A stretch of 63,134 nt of DNA, filler included, from Craspedostauros australis (lineage: Eukaryota), in NCBI GenBank assembly GCA_030167865.1. It is 5 parts of 5 records of this genome, joined end to end, with 100 filler letters (N's around TTAATTAATTAA, not from the genome) between each part and the next. Parts side by side here need not be neighbours in the genome. Positions count along the whole stretch, not along the records: positions 1 to 27,757 come from JALAGF010000141.1; 4 more parts are not named here. The stretch is one strand, 5' to 3'. This document shows positions 1 through 10,955 of this stretch, in pieces. Position 1 is the first letter of the stretch; each line of letters starts with the position of its first letter. The notes beneath the pieces are model-generated. The model ran no database searches and was not told where the DNA came from. It worked only from the letters and a program-made list of their open reading frames with translations. Both the position numbers and the translations under genes were made by a program.

Positions 1-998
1 CACCCCTTCTCCATTGTATGTAGTATGGAGAGTCTGGTCTCTCGTCCGCGTGGCAACAAAGAGAAAACGTGCAGAGAATATCCGTGACAAACATTCGAAA
101 CAGCTCAGTTGTCAAATGTCAGAGAGCGAATGCAGCTCAAGTTGTTCCATATGTGTAGTAGCTTCAATACCATGGTCAATGCTGACCGATCCGGGTGGTG
201 CCTTACATGTCCAGCGTTCGAAGATAGAACTCTGATTGCAAACATCTTCAATGCTATCGATACCATGATTCGCATAGATGTCTCGATTACTTGTTTTCGA
301 CGAATAGCCAACCTTGAAGCAGGCATCTCACAATCATTGGCCTATTTGTTATTCCACTCAACGATGTCAACCGGTGCAAGAAGTGTGAATGTAGCAATGA
401 GAAGGAGGCCATCGATGTTCTTTGCCATCCAGTACACTCAAAAATAAGAAGTTCAGGTGATTTTACGGAGGAGGAACATGCGATGGAAGTATGATTTTAA
501 CGTGGAGCAGTGCAACCGAGTGCGTGCCTAAGTACGATGTACACTTTTGTGCTAATCAAACTCAGGACTGCGTTTTCAGAAGTCTAACATTGGGTAGACT
601 TTGGGTAGACATTGGTCGTCTGTCGTGCATACGTCAGGTTCTTGAGCATACCGAAGTTTTCGGTGTGATATCCAACTATACGGCAACCTCCTTGTTCCTC
701 AGCTTTCCTCGCGGCGCAGCCAAGTGTCCTTGGCATTGGCATCGGCGTCCACCAACTGCGCCACCAGTACGAACCGCACGCTATTATCATCCACCCGACA
801 ATCATTTGGAGTTCATTCCATTGGTCGAGGAGAGCAGAGTTATGCACAAGTATAATATTATATCTAATAGAATAGTATAATATAATACCATGGAAGCAGA
901 ATAAAGCAAACGAAGAACGGCAGAATCCATGCACAAAGCAACCAAGACGAGAACTGCCAACACCTTTACATTCTCATACTCGCACCAGCACCAGCACC

Positions 999-2498
999 AT
1001 GGTACCGTCTATCCACGCCCGTTCTGCCACCTCCGGAGTGTATGGTAACAAAGCATTCACCATCTGTGTGGTCGTTGCCATCGCCATGATTGATTGGAGA
1101 AAGGCTTCACTGCAATTGAAATCATTAAGTCATGATGACCTCTATTTGGACTCGTACACCTTCCCATCCTCAAACTTGGACTCAGCGAGCTTGGCGGGCA
1201 ACAGCAGCAACGCAAGTCAAGGGGCTGAATCAATGCCTCGATGGACCGGCAACATCACAGAATTCCCTCCATTCATGATGCAGTGGCCAACCGATACGTT
1301 CGGGCCAGATCAATGTAACATTCTGAATACCTCAATTCCATACATCTTCAATATCACTGACTATCCCACATCGTACGATTTGGGGGACGTCTTTGGCGTC
1401 GTCCATGGTAATCTCACCGAAGCCTGGCATCAAGCTGAGATTGCAGCGAAGGAGGGCAATCGTACAAATGGGGACGTGCCACAGGTCCCAGACGCTCCTT
1501 CCAACCAAATCAAGACTGTCGCCTGCAGCTTGATCGATTACAGCGTCATCAGTCAGTTCCCGCATCAGATGCAACACATTTACCCGTGCTGGTCGCTGTG
1601 GCGGCACTTTCCGGGCGCCAAACACTTCTTCTTTCTTCGTCCAAAGCACCTTCAAGGCCTTTTGACTGGCTCCGTCTACAACGCCGGCATAACGAACGTA
1701 TTAAGAGCCAACAATATTTCCATCGTCCCCATGACGATGAAGAACTTCGTACGACAGCACCGGTCCGACGCCAGCGAACTCCTCGTCGCGTACTCACATC
1801 GAGTTGGCGGTTATCGATCGGTTTCCGAAGGTGACATGCAAGATCTTGGAAAGCGGGCCTTGACTTCGAATGGTTTGGACGTCTACACCAAGCAGGGTTG
1901 TGATGCGGCTCACCGGGACGACAAGCTCGCAGCATCGCCACCAGCAGCCTTCAATGATGAAATGAAAGGAAAGAGCGGTTCGTCGGAATATTCCAACCCA
2001 CTCCATCCACCGCGCATTGCTATTGCCAATCGCAGGGACAGGAGGCGGTTGCTTGGCGCGCACAACGTGTCAATTCTGTTGCAAGACGAATTTGGGCTGC
2101 CGTACAGTCCACCAGTTTTCTTCCTCGAGGACATGACATTCAAGCAACAGGTGGAGGCCTTCGCCAGCATTGACATCTTATTGACGCCGCATGGTGCACA
2201 GCTGACATCGGTTCCGTTCATGCCCCATTGCAGCTCACTGGTCGAGGTGCTCCCGCGTGCCTACGATTGGAATGAGTTCTTTGGAACGTTGGCAGCTATC
2301 TCTGGTGTGAATCATTCCTACAAATACCTTGGGACAGATGTGGCCGCGGAAACTGAACCTCTCCGCTCATCCCAAGGACAAGAAATCGCACGCTCAACCA
2401 TTCTGTGCGCGCCAGCAGACCCCATGATAGAAGCCGTCAGGATACAAATGCACCGATGGCAAGAGTGCTGCGGGTTCGCGTGGTCGTCCGTTCGATAG
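999..2498 (+). CDS. Glycosyltransferase family 61 (DUF563) type II membrane protein
   Basis: 499-aa ORF with an N-terminal hydrophobic anchor (AFTICVVVAIAMI) and the GT61 signature region RIAIANR...MTFKQQVEAFASIDILLTPHGAQLT...LVEVLP. Confidence 0.85.
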   Translation: MVPSIHARSATSGVYGNKAFTICVVVAIAMIDWRKASLQLKSLSHDDLYLDSYTFPSSNLDSASLAGNSSNASQGAESMPRWTGNITEFPPFMMQWPTDTFGPDQCNILNTSIPYIFNITDYPTSYDLGDVFGVVHGNLTEAWHQAEIAAKEGNRTNGDVPQVPDAPSNQIKTVACSLIDYSVISQFPHQMQHIYPCWSLWRHFPGAKHFFFLRPKHLQGLLTGSVYNAGITNVLRANNISIVPMTMKNFVRQHRSDASELLVAYSHRVGGYRSVSEGDMQDLGKRALTSNGLDVYTKQGCDAAHRDDKLAASPPAAFNDEMKGKSGSSEYSNPLHPPRIAIANRRDRRRLLGAHNVSILLQDEFGLPYSPPVFFLEDMTFKQQVEAFASIDILLTPHGAQLTSVPFMPHCSSLVEVLPRAYDWNEFFGTLAAISGVNHSYKYLGTDVAAETEPLRSSQGQEIARSTILCAPADPMIEAVRIQMHRWQECCGFAWSSVR

Positions 2499-3029
2499 CG
2501 AACGGGCGGTCCAACGGAACCATACCAATAGCGCCTATTGAATCGGCAAGTAGTAGCTCGTACGATTCCGCACTCTCGATCCGAAAACAAGTTGTCGGCA
2601 TCCTCGAGGCGGCCCGTGGGGGTGGGGTTACGGATTCCAGGATCCCGTCCCTGCGCGCGACCGTCGCAGTCTTCTTGTCCAGGAATACTAATACTCGGAC
2701 GAGTACTGGCGGACATCGCCGTTATCTCAGCTGCGATCTTCGTAATCTCTATCCCACACTCAGGAGTACGATCAAGTTCATATCCAACCGAGTACTTCTA
2801 ATGAATTATGCTCTACGTCTCGTGCACCATACCCGGAGTCTGCTATGCCGTACTACTCGTAGCACGACTGCATCCGCCTTGACAGGATGTCTTCTCTCTG
2901 TTGTGTCAACCGTATCAGAACACGCGGATGGTACACAGTCGCAGGAGTCATCGTAAATTCTACCCATGGAAGATGCGCCATAATGCTCTCGAAACCCCCA
3001 TCCCGACAAACCACATTCGGGAAGTGTCC

Positions 3030-5165
3030 TCAGGTTTTGAACCCTTCTGACTTTCGCTGTTCGTACTCTTCCACTGAAAGTAGGTTGTGCTTTTCAACTT
3101 CCATCGTCTCGTACTCATCGCCGTCAGGATAACCATAATCACCAGAATAGTCCATCTTCAGATTTGCCTTGAGGGGACATTGCGTGCCGATCAACGGACA
3201 GCCCCCCAAATGTTCCCCCGGCGGGCCGTATTTGGCGATGTGTGCATCGTACTCCTCAAGCGTCTCCTTGAACTTGCTCTTCAGTGAGTCGAACCACATC
3301 CACTTGCGATCTGCCATGGGGTCATTTTTGTGCCGTTTCCATTCTGTGCTGATACAGTGAAGGTGCTCATGCAATGCACGCCGTTCCGTCAGCGTGAGGC
3401 CAGTGCTGCTGAGGCCCTCCAAAGACGATGGGTGCATCTTTGCAATGACATCCGGGTCCACCCTTAGCATCATCAGCACGGTGGTGCGTTTCCATTTCCG
3501 CACCATGAGCTCTGGCAGCCGTTGTTTCCGTTTCACTTTCGGTCCACAAACATCATTCACGCTCAGCTCGCGGATGTTGACGGGCATATGGCGTCGGATC
3601 TGCCTCAAGGCTTCGCGGTTCCCTTCTGCGATGCTCATCTCCCATGTATCATTCTTCGTCTGTTGCTCGCTGGCCCACTCCGGTGTCAACACGAGCGCGT
3701 TTTGATATCTGTCCAGGTCATCCGCGAGTCGCACGTACTCCGTCTCGAGCTTCGCCTGTTCCTTTGGAGAATTGTCGAGGCTCATATCCGTCGCAACGAC
3801 CTGGAGCTCTTCACGCAGCTCAAAAATCTTTTGCTTCGCGACTTCGTACGTGATGCTGTCGTCTGCCACTTTCAAACCAGCCAAGGTCAGCTGTTTCTCC
3901 AATGACTTCGAACGCCTGTTCTCGGTGACGATCTCGACCAGCAAATCTTTGTCCACCGCCGAGAGTTTTCTGTTTTCATCAATTCGTAAGCGATGGAGGA
4001 CTTGATCTTGGAGGTCCTCTTCGGTGAGCTGCACCTTGTTTGGTGATGGGGATGACATGCTCATCTTGCTTTTCTGCTTTTTGGTGGCTGAATACAGCTT
4101 GTTTCTGCCAACAGCATGAATGCCTCCCTTTGCCGCAACCGGGCTGGATGCGTACGCAGCCTCCATGTGCTCGTACTGCGCACCAGTGGGGTGCCCGTAA
4201 TCTTCAGAGTAGTAGTCGACAGCAGAATCTGCCTTGACGGGACATTGGTTTCCTATCATACCGCATTTGCCATGCGATCCTGCTGCTCCGTGCTTCTCCA
4301 CGTGCGACTTGTATGCATTCAGCATCTCGCGGAACTTTTGCTTCAGCGATTGGAACCAGAGGAATCGCTTTTCCTGGCTCTTGTCAATCTTCTTGGATTC
4401 CCATATCTCAGCCGTTGACTTCAAGTGCTGATGCAAGGCGCGTCGCTCCGTCAACGTCAACCCTGTCGTTCTCAACCCTTCCAACAGAGACGGGTGCATG
4501 CGCTCAATTGCAACAGGATCCACTCTCAATAGTTGTAGCACGTTCACGCGTTTTAATCGCTTTGCGTACGCCTTTGGCAACGTCTTGCTGGCCGGGCTTG
4601 CCTGTGTCGTGAGCATCTCTTCCGACATGTTGCGGACATTGACTGGGATGCTCTGTCGCACTGCCCGCAAGGCGGCATTATTGTCATCCTCGTTGCTTGC
4701 TTCCCATTCCAGCTCCAATCGCTCCTGCTCTTCTGCCCATTCCTCAGTCATCATCATCGCAGTCGAGTACTTGGTGAGCTGTTCCTCCAAGCCGTAGTAC
4801 TTGGACTTCTGCTGCTGCATCTGATTGGGATCCTCCAGCATGGACCTCATCTCGCGCTGGATGCTCTCTATCTTGGACTTTGCTACCTCGTATGGAATCT
4901 CGTCCGTGACGGGGATTCCATTTTGAGCCAACTGTTGCTTCATCTTCTCTTGGAGTTTTTCGATGGAGTTCAACTCGTCGAGTAATTTCTTGGTGACCTT
5001 TGACTTGGATTGACACGCTTGTTCGCGCAACTGGTCGCGTGGCGTAGCTGTCCTGATATCAGCCCGTGCTTGCATGGGTTGGGGTTGACTCTTGGAATCG
5101 TCAGTCCCTAACCCCGCTGCTGCCGCTGGAATGGACGCCGGGGCCTGAGGTTGATCATGTGCCAT
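3030..5165 (-). CDS. Hypothetical protein built from two copies of a ~280-aa helical domain
   Basis: 711-aa ORF; motifs such as YEVAK.KI, LRVDP..I..MHPS.LEGL..TGLTLTERRALH.HL and C..IG.QCP.KA each occur twice. Confidence 0.8.
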   Translation of the reverse strand: MAHDQPQAPASIPAAAAGLGTDDSKSQPQPMQARADIRTATPRDQLREQACQSKSKVTKKLLDELNSIEKLQEKMKQQLAQNGIPVTDEIPYEVAKSKIESIQREMRSMLEDPNQMQQQKSKYYGLEEQLTKYSTAMMMTEEWAEEQERLELEWEASNEDDNNAALRAVRQSIPVNVRNMSEEMLTTQASPASKTLPKAYAKRLKRVNVLQLLRVDPVAIERMHPSLLEGLRTTGLTLTERRALHQHLKSTAEIWESKKIDKSQEKRFLWFQSLKQKFREMLNAYKSHVEKHGAAGSHGKCGMIGNQCPVKADSAVDYYSEDYGHPTGAQYEHMEAAYASSPVAAKGGIHAVGRNKLYSATKKQKSKMSMSSPSPNKVQLTEEDLQDQVLHRLRIDENRKLSAVDKDLLVEIVTENRRSKSLEKQLTLAGLKVADDSITYEVAKQKIFELREELQVVATDMSLDNSPKEQAKLETEYVRLADDLDRYQNALVLTPEWASEQQTKNDTWEMSIAEGNREALRQIRRHMPVNIRELSVNDVCGPKVKRKQRLPELMVRKWKRTTVLMMLRVDPDVIAKMHPSSLEGLSSTGLTLTERRALHEHLHCISTEWKRHKNDPMADRKWMWFDSLKSKFKETLEEYDAHIAKYGPPGEHLGGCPLIGTQCPLKANLKMDYSGDYGYPDGDEYETMEVEKHNLLSVEEYEQRKSEGFKT

Positions 5166-5458
5166 TCAAAGGGACACACGAATGCAGACGCGCCGTGCGA
5201 GTGGGTGCAATTGCGGAGTGAAAGCATTAACGAATGAGTATGATGTCCCATTGGAGATGCATAGATTCGTGCAGTCCATAAGGAATGTGGCTGTTGGGAT
5301 AGAACACAATCTCAAACACATGCCCACAGTCATCGTCACCACTGGCGGAGCTTCTTATCATCCGCTCTACTCTATCGCACTTCTGTTACTCCATGCAGGA
5401 TTCTTCGGTGGTAATACTCGGTCACAAAAACACTGCTTACCGCATTGGCGAATCCGAC

Positions 5459-8400
5459 TTAATGACTTACGCCGATGACATCTTGCGGATTGGCGAGTTC
5501 GAAACCAATCCCCGTCGAATTGGAAGATGCGGACGACGACGACAATGATGATGACGACGATGATGCAGAAGATGATGACGACGATGATGCAGAAGATGAT
5601 GACGAGGACGATGATCTGGCATCGATGATCTCGACTTCATCATAGTCATCCTCAATGGTTCGTTCCGTCATCTCGACAATCGATTCGTCACCGCTATCAA
5701 GAACTACATCATCTTCTTCCTCGTAGAACTCCGCCCCGTCTTCCACTTCCACTTCATCTTCATCTTCGTCGCTGTCAATCTCGACCTCGTCCTCTCTTTG
5801 GACGGCAGGGTCTCCATTGGTATGGTGTGCTCGTGCTGCAGCCTGGTCCTGCTTCTCGTCGTAGCCAGAGTTGCCGTCGTTGTCATCAAGCATGCCATGC
5901 TCGTGCTCTTCCTGGAGCTGGAGTACAGCATCAATTTGGGATTCGTATTCCTTGCGCTTGATCTGCAACTTGCGCCGTTCCTTCGGTTTCATACCTTCTT
6001 TCTTCAACAACTTCTCGACCTTTTTCAACTTCTTTTCCAACATTGGCAACGAGTGCTTGGGTTGTTGGATGCTGGTGGTGCTGTTCTTGGTTTCGTGGAC
6101 GTCGTCGTATTCCGTCTCTTCGTCTTCGTCGTCAATGTCGGGAAGGCCCGGTAAAATCTCGATTTTGTGCGCTTGGTGTAGAGGCGACAAGGTTTCGGAT
6201 GCGATGGTGGAGAATGAGAATGGCTTCACTGGAGTGCCAGCATGATCATCAATGCCATCGTCGTCGTCACCGTTGTTGCTGTGGCTGATGTCGTTGCCGT
6301 AGTGGGGACGGTACTGTGGCTTCTTGGACGTTGGCATGGACTTGGACTGGTGCACATGGGGGATGGATTTGTGCTCCTCGGCGGAACGTTCTTCCTCATC
6401 GCAATAAGATTCGTCGTCGTCATATTGCCCGTCATCGTGACAGTCATCATCGTATTCATGTTCGTGACTTCCTTTACAGTCGTCCATCATGGCGTCACCT
6501 AGATTCAGTCGATTTTGGACAATCTCCCCTTGCTCCGCCAAGGCGAGCATGCGCTTTGCCTCCTTCTCCAACTCCTCATTCTCTTCCAACCACTGCTCGC
6601 ACTCCAGGATGCGTTCCATGTACTCGTCGCGTTTGGTTTGATACGAATTGAATTTCTTACGATTCATCGTCGCGCTCTTCTCCATCTGTTTCATGAGCTT
6701 GTCGACCTTGCTCAGCTTCTTCTGAAGGAGAATGAGCGTCTGCTGGTAGTTGGCCTTTTGCGCATCGAACTGTTCGGTTGGTCGTTCGACCTCCGGCGAT
6801 ATGGTTTGGACAACCGCCGCTTCTCCCGTGGATCGTTTCGGTGGTTGCAGGATGTCCGGATTTCTTGGATTGGCAGCACTGTTGTTGCTGCTGCTGTTGT
6901 TGTGCTTGGAGGATGAGGAGGATGTGATGGAGGTGGCCGTGTGCGACGCCGTCGTGATGGCTTTGGTGTTTGGGGTTTTACTATTCGTGTCGGTGTTTCT
7001 CAGTGCTTCCTTCTGTCTGGATGCCAGTTTATGACGAATAACTGACTCGGTCGGCGAAAGCAGGGTGGAATCGTCGTTCAACGATCGAGTGGAATGTGGT
7101 TTGTACTGAATGGTTTCTCCAAGGTACGGCGCGTACTGCGTAGCAACGTAATCATCATCTGCGTCTTCTTTCTCATTTTGCTCGTTGCGTCCGTTCCGTT
7201 TCTGGAAGGGCGTTTGACTGGTCTGTGCCTGTCCTCGTACTTCTGTATGTGCGTTCGCGTTTGTATTGGGACGATTTGGGGAGTGGCCGTTGCTCTGCTC
7301 CGGATTGAGGAGCGATCTTTGCGAGTGGTGCTTTTGCAGATGTTGCTGGAGTTGGTTCATGTCGTCGTCGTCGTCGTCGTCGTCGTTGCGGCTGTCGTTG
7401 TCATTCTCGTACCACTGTATCTCATCCTTGTATTGCTTTATCTTGAGCTGGATCTTCTTGTAGTCCGACGCTGAGCATGACTTGAGCTGCTTGTGGCACT
7501 TTGCAAGCTTCTTTTGCAGGATGTCTTTCGAGTGCTTGGGCTTTTTTGGCGTGGAAGCTGGTTTCGAAGGAGCGGTGAAAGATCCGGTGGAGGGCGAGGT
7601 GATGGAGATGGTGTTCGGCGGTCGATGGTTCTTAGGACTCCGGCTGCTCTTGCTACGAGGAGACGACTGCGAGGCCGACGGCAAAGGTGAGATGGGTGAT
7701 TGCATCGCTTTTCTGTTTGCTATGGTGGGCGTTCCGGTCACCTTATCTGATGGCGCCGCAGATGACTTGCGTGTAGTCGACCGTGACTGCTCGGCTTCCA
7801 GTTTGTTCAGCATCGATTCGTACTCCTTCCGCTTGAGGCAGTACTTGCGGTACTCTCTGGAATTGGTCTGCCTGGTCTTTTCCATCTTGGCGATAAGATG
7901 CTGAACTTTTTCGTGCTTTTTCTGGTATGTGATGTACTCCTTCGATTGCACCAGCTGTTGGTGGCGTTGCTCATCGTGATCATCATCGTCATGATTGTCG
8001 TCGGGTTGGTGTTGAGATTGTTTGGCCACGTTGCTGCTGCCATTCATTGCGTATCGATCAATGGGCGTGTTACGATGCTCCACATTATCGTCAATGTCAT
8101 CGTTCTCGCTTCCATTGTCGAAATCATCATTGGCAGTAGCAGCGTTGTGCAGGATGCTCTCATATTCCTTGCGCTTGATACAGTATTGCTTGTACTCTTT
8201 GGAACGCGTCTTGTTGGATTTCTCGAGCTCTGCAATGAGCTTTTGCACCTTTTCGTATTTCTTGCGGTACGTTTTGATTTGTTCCGGCGTCATTTGCCTT
8301 TTGAGTTTGGCTTTGGTTGCCTTGTTGCTATTGTTGCTGACATGGCGTCTTTGCATGGACCGGGATGACGATGGAGCACCGTTATCAGCTTCGTTGGCCT

Positions 8401-9715
8401 GGCTGTGACTGATCGAACGAATGGATATTTCGTGTGGATGGTCATCTTCATTTGTCCGCTGCCGGTGTTGTTGTTGATACTGCGTGCGCCGATCGTGCTG
8501 ATCCTGATGAGAGTCATAATCTGATTCTCTGTCGCTATCGGTGTCATTGCCATTGCCGTTAACGTTGCGTTTGCCATTGTGCCGTGATGGATCGACGCTG
8601 TGGCCCGCGTTGTCGATATCGTCGTTCTCCTGTGCTTCGAGAAAGTCCTCTGTGCGCAAGAGGAGATCCTCGTACTTGGCCTGCTTCCTGGCGAGCTTTT
8701 GGAACTCCTTGAGGATCTTTGGTTTGACTGGGACCTCCATCTGCGCGTCGATTTGACCATGCTCGTTGATCATGTCCTGTATGAGTTTCGTGACATGGTT
8801 GTACTTCTTGCTGTGCTTCGTATAGAATTGCTCCGCCGAGTCGAATCCTTGCTCGGCGAAGAAAGCTTCTGTGAGGGGAGACGAGTTGGAGGACATGGTG
8901 GGGAAGGTGTCGAAGCTGTGAGTGGAGAGATTGAAGGATGCATTGGAATCGAGCGTGAGCCGGTTGTTGGCGTCCGGAGGGCGGCGAGCGTTCCTGTGGG
9001 ATGCCATTTTTTCGTCCGACGAGTCGGGATCGTCGGCGCTATGATTGAGCTCTTCCACCATCTCATCCTCGTCTTCGTCTTCGACATCCTCGTCGTCGTG
9101 GGTGTCACCAAGACGGGTGTCATCGTCGTCATCATCGTCGGCGGCATCGTTGCCTTCAGTTTCGTCATGAACGAGATCCACCATGTATTCTTCCGTGTCC
9201 TCGTGGTAGTCACCGTGGTCAGTCTCGTAGATCTCGCTTTCAAACGAGCTTTCGTCATCGGCCCGTTGCCTCCCGTTATCGTGGTCCCCATTGCGACCAT
9301 TGCGACCTTTGCGGTCATTGTTGCTGTTGGCATCCGCGTCGGTGTCGATGTCGCTATCATTGTCATGATGATGATCGCCACCCTCGTCATCGTGGTCATC
9401 GTAGTCGTCGTGATCATCGTGATCTGTATCATCCATCCCTTCCATGAGATCCTCCAACTCCATGGACTCCTCTTCGGAGGAGGCCCCTCCGTTGCTCGCC
9501 GTCATCTGCTGACGCCGTCGCTCAGCCTCTGCCTCCGCTTCTTCGGCAGCCTGGCGCTCATACTCCTCCAGCTGCTGGATGTACTGGTTGCGTTTCGAGG
9601 TGTACTTCTTGTAGAGCTTCTTGTCTTGGATGGTACCGTCCTCTCCATCGATCAGCTCATCCAGCAGCCGTTCCACCTTCTCCAGCTTGGCTTCCAGGAC
9701 TTCGTAGGACTTCAT
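5459..9715 (-). CDS. Large acidic, low-complexity protein with ~7 dispersed basic helical-hairpin modules
   Basis: 1418-aa uninterrupted ORF; D/E/N/H/S-rich spacers; recurrent KKLxKVxKL...KRxEY module; an upstream exon cannot be excluded. Confidence 0.75.
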   Translation of the reverse strand: MKSYEVLEAKLEKVERLLDELIDGEDGTIQDKKLYKKYTSKRNQYIQQLEEYERQAAEEAEAEAERRRQQMTASNGGASSEEESMELEDLMEGMDDTDHDDHDDYDDHDDEGGDHHHDNDSDIDTDADANSNNDRKGRNGRNGDHDNGRQRADDESSFESEIYETDHGDYHEDTEEYMVDLVHDETEGNDAADDDDDDDTRLGDTHDDEDVEDEDEDEMVEELNHSADDPDSSDEKMASHRNARRPPDANNRLTLDSNASFNLSTHSFDTFPTMSSNSSPLTEAFFAEQGFDSAEQFYTKHSKKYNHVTKLIQDMINEHGQIDAQMEVPVKPKILKEFQKLARKQAKYEDLLLRTEDFLEAQENDDIDNAGHSVDPSRHNGKRNVNGNGNDTDSDRESDYDSHQDQHDRRTQYQQQHRQRTNEDDHPHEISIRSISHSQANEADNGAPSSSRSMQRRHVSNNSNKATKAKLKRQMTPEQIKTYRKKYEKVQKLIAELEKSNKTRSKEYKQYCIKRKEYESILHNAATANDDFDNGSENDDIDDNVEHRNTPIDRYAMNGSSNVAKQSQHQPDDNHDDDDHDEQRHQQLVQSKEYITYQKKHEKVQHLIAKMEKTRQTNSREYRKYCLKRKEYESMLNKLEAEQSRSTTRKSSAAPSDKVTGTPTIANRKAMQSPISPLPSASQSSPRSKSSRSPKNHRPPNTISITSPSTGSFTAPSKPASTPKKPKHSKDILQKKLAKCHKQLKSCSASDYKKIQLKIKQYKDEIQWYENDNDSRNDDDDDDDDMNQLQQHLQKHHSQRSLLNPEQSNGHSPNRPNTNANAHTEVRGQAQTSQTPFQKRNGRNEQNEKEDADDDYVATQYAPYLGETIQYKPHSTRSLNDDSTLLSPTESVIRHKLASRQKEALRNTDTNSKTPNTKAITTASHTATSITSSSSSKHNNSSSNNSAANPRNPDILQPPKRSTGEAAVVQTISPEVERPTEQFDAQKANYQQTLILLQKKLSKVDKLMKQMEKSATMNRKKFNSYQTKRDEYMERILECEQWLEENEELEKEAKRMLALAEQGEIVQNRLNLGDAMMDDCKGSHEHEYDDDCHDDGQYDDDESYCDEEERSAEEHKSIPHVHQSKSMPTSKKPQYRPHYGNDISHSNNGDDDDGIDDHAGTPVKPFSFSTIASETLSPLHQAHKIEILPGLPDIDDEDEETEYDDVHETKNSTTSIQQPKHSLPMLEKKLKKVEKLLKKEGMKPKERRKLQIKRKEYESQIDAVLQLQEEHEHGMLDDNDGNSGYDEKQDQAAARAHHTNGDPAVQREDEVEIDSDEDEDEVEVEDGAEFYEEEDDVVLDSGDESIVEMTERTIEDDYDEVEIIDARSSSSSSSSASSSSSSSASSSSSSLSSSSASSNSTGIGFELANPQDVIGVSH

Positions 9716-10955
9716 GGCTGTCCACCTGTATGGTCGATGCGCGAGCGCCAGCTGCGGGTACGAATACGATCACGAATAGGAGTACGAATATGAATACGAA
9801 TCCGTACGTATGAATAGATCGTATTCTATTATATGGAATAATATTATCGTGTGAGAGGCAATTGCACGATGTACTAGCTCTCGTGGATGGTATTATATTC
9901 TATTAGACCAGTGCATGTACCACACACTTCAGCAACATCAATGCTGTTCTTGCGCCAACGAGTATGATAGCTTGTGTCTGGCGCTTGCGTGTTGGGATTG
10001 CCTCTGGTGGCGCCGATTCTGGTACGCGCCTCATGAAGGGTGGTTTCGCGCCTTGTGCTGTTTTGCGTTCTCCCCTTTTCTGCACTCCACCCTCCCACGC
10101 TCCTTTCTCGTCGTGTCCGTGGTCCGTTTGCGAGGGAAGTCCGCGATTTGGTTTGACTTCGCCGTCTGTCATCTCCCCCACCTTCACTTCACCACCAACG
10201 ACACGTTCCTTTTGTTCCGATTGTTCGCGTTGATCTTGCTGTTGTTGTTGTTGTTCACTCAATCACGGACGGAGAAAAGGCAATCGCGTCATGGAGCCGA
10301 GTGCCAACACTGACTTTGTTCTTCGCCGATGTCTTGCGGTCGGTCGAACACGCTTCGGTTTGGGTTCGCCAATGTTCATGACCGGACCACGATCAACATC
10401 AATCACCAACGACAACTTCTGTAAAAGACTAAAACTGTACCCTACTGTCACCACGACAATCATCCTTCCACGTGTCATATGTTTTAGTCGTGGATAGTGT
10501 TCATTTGTGACGCGCCAAAAACGGTGAACGTGACGCAATCCGCGCTGTGGCATTGCTGTGCCGCTCCTCTTCCACACGACGCAGAGATGCAGAGAGAAGT
10601 GCCAATCACAATCATCATGCAATGGCATCGGCCAATACGACTACTACTTGTTCCCAACAGCTCCTTGCATCTTGATCCATTTGTAATTCTCCACATTTAT
10701 CGGCTCTAGTCGGAGCAGGATCCATCACACCATCACTTGCAGTCCACTGTTCAGACACAAACACGTACACGAAACAATCCCGTCGTCGTCGGCGGCGTCG
10801 TCGAAGCGAGTTCGGACAAGGTGCCAGATTGTGCACGCACACCATTTGCTCTTTTCAATGCAACGGAGCACTCGCAGAGGACTGTGATACTCTTTGCTAC
10901 GACTGCGAATCCGCCGCCAAGCATCAGTCTTCAAAAAGAACAAGAACCTATAGCC

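Noticed and set aside
1..950. Short ORFs at the window start
   Set aside because: No homologous motifs or coding signature recognised
8600..9793. 397-aa hydrophobic plus-strand ORF
   Set aside because: Antisense shadow of the acidic GAC/GAT-rich coding strand
9755..9820. TACGAA-type short repeats, and other short repeats, as CRISPR-like arrays
   Set aside because: Degenerate microsatellites without spacers in a eukaryotic context; no cas genes
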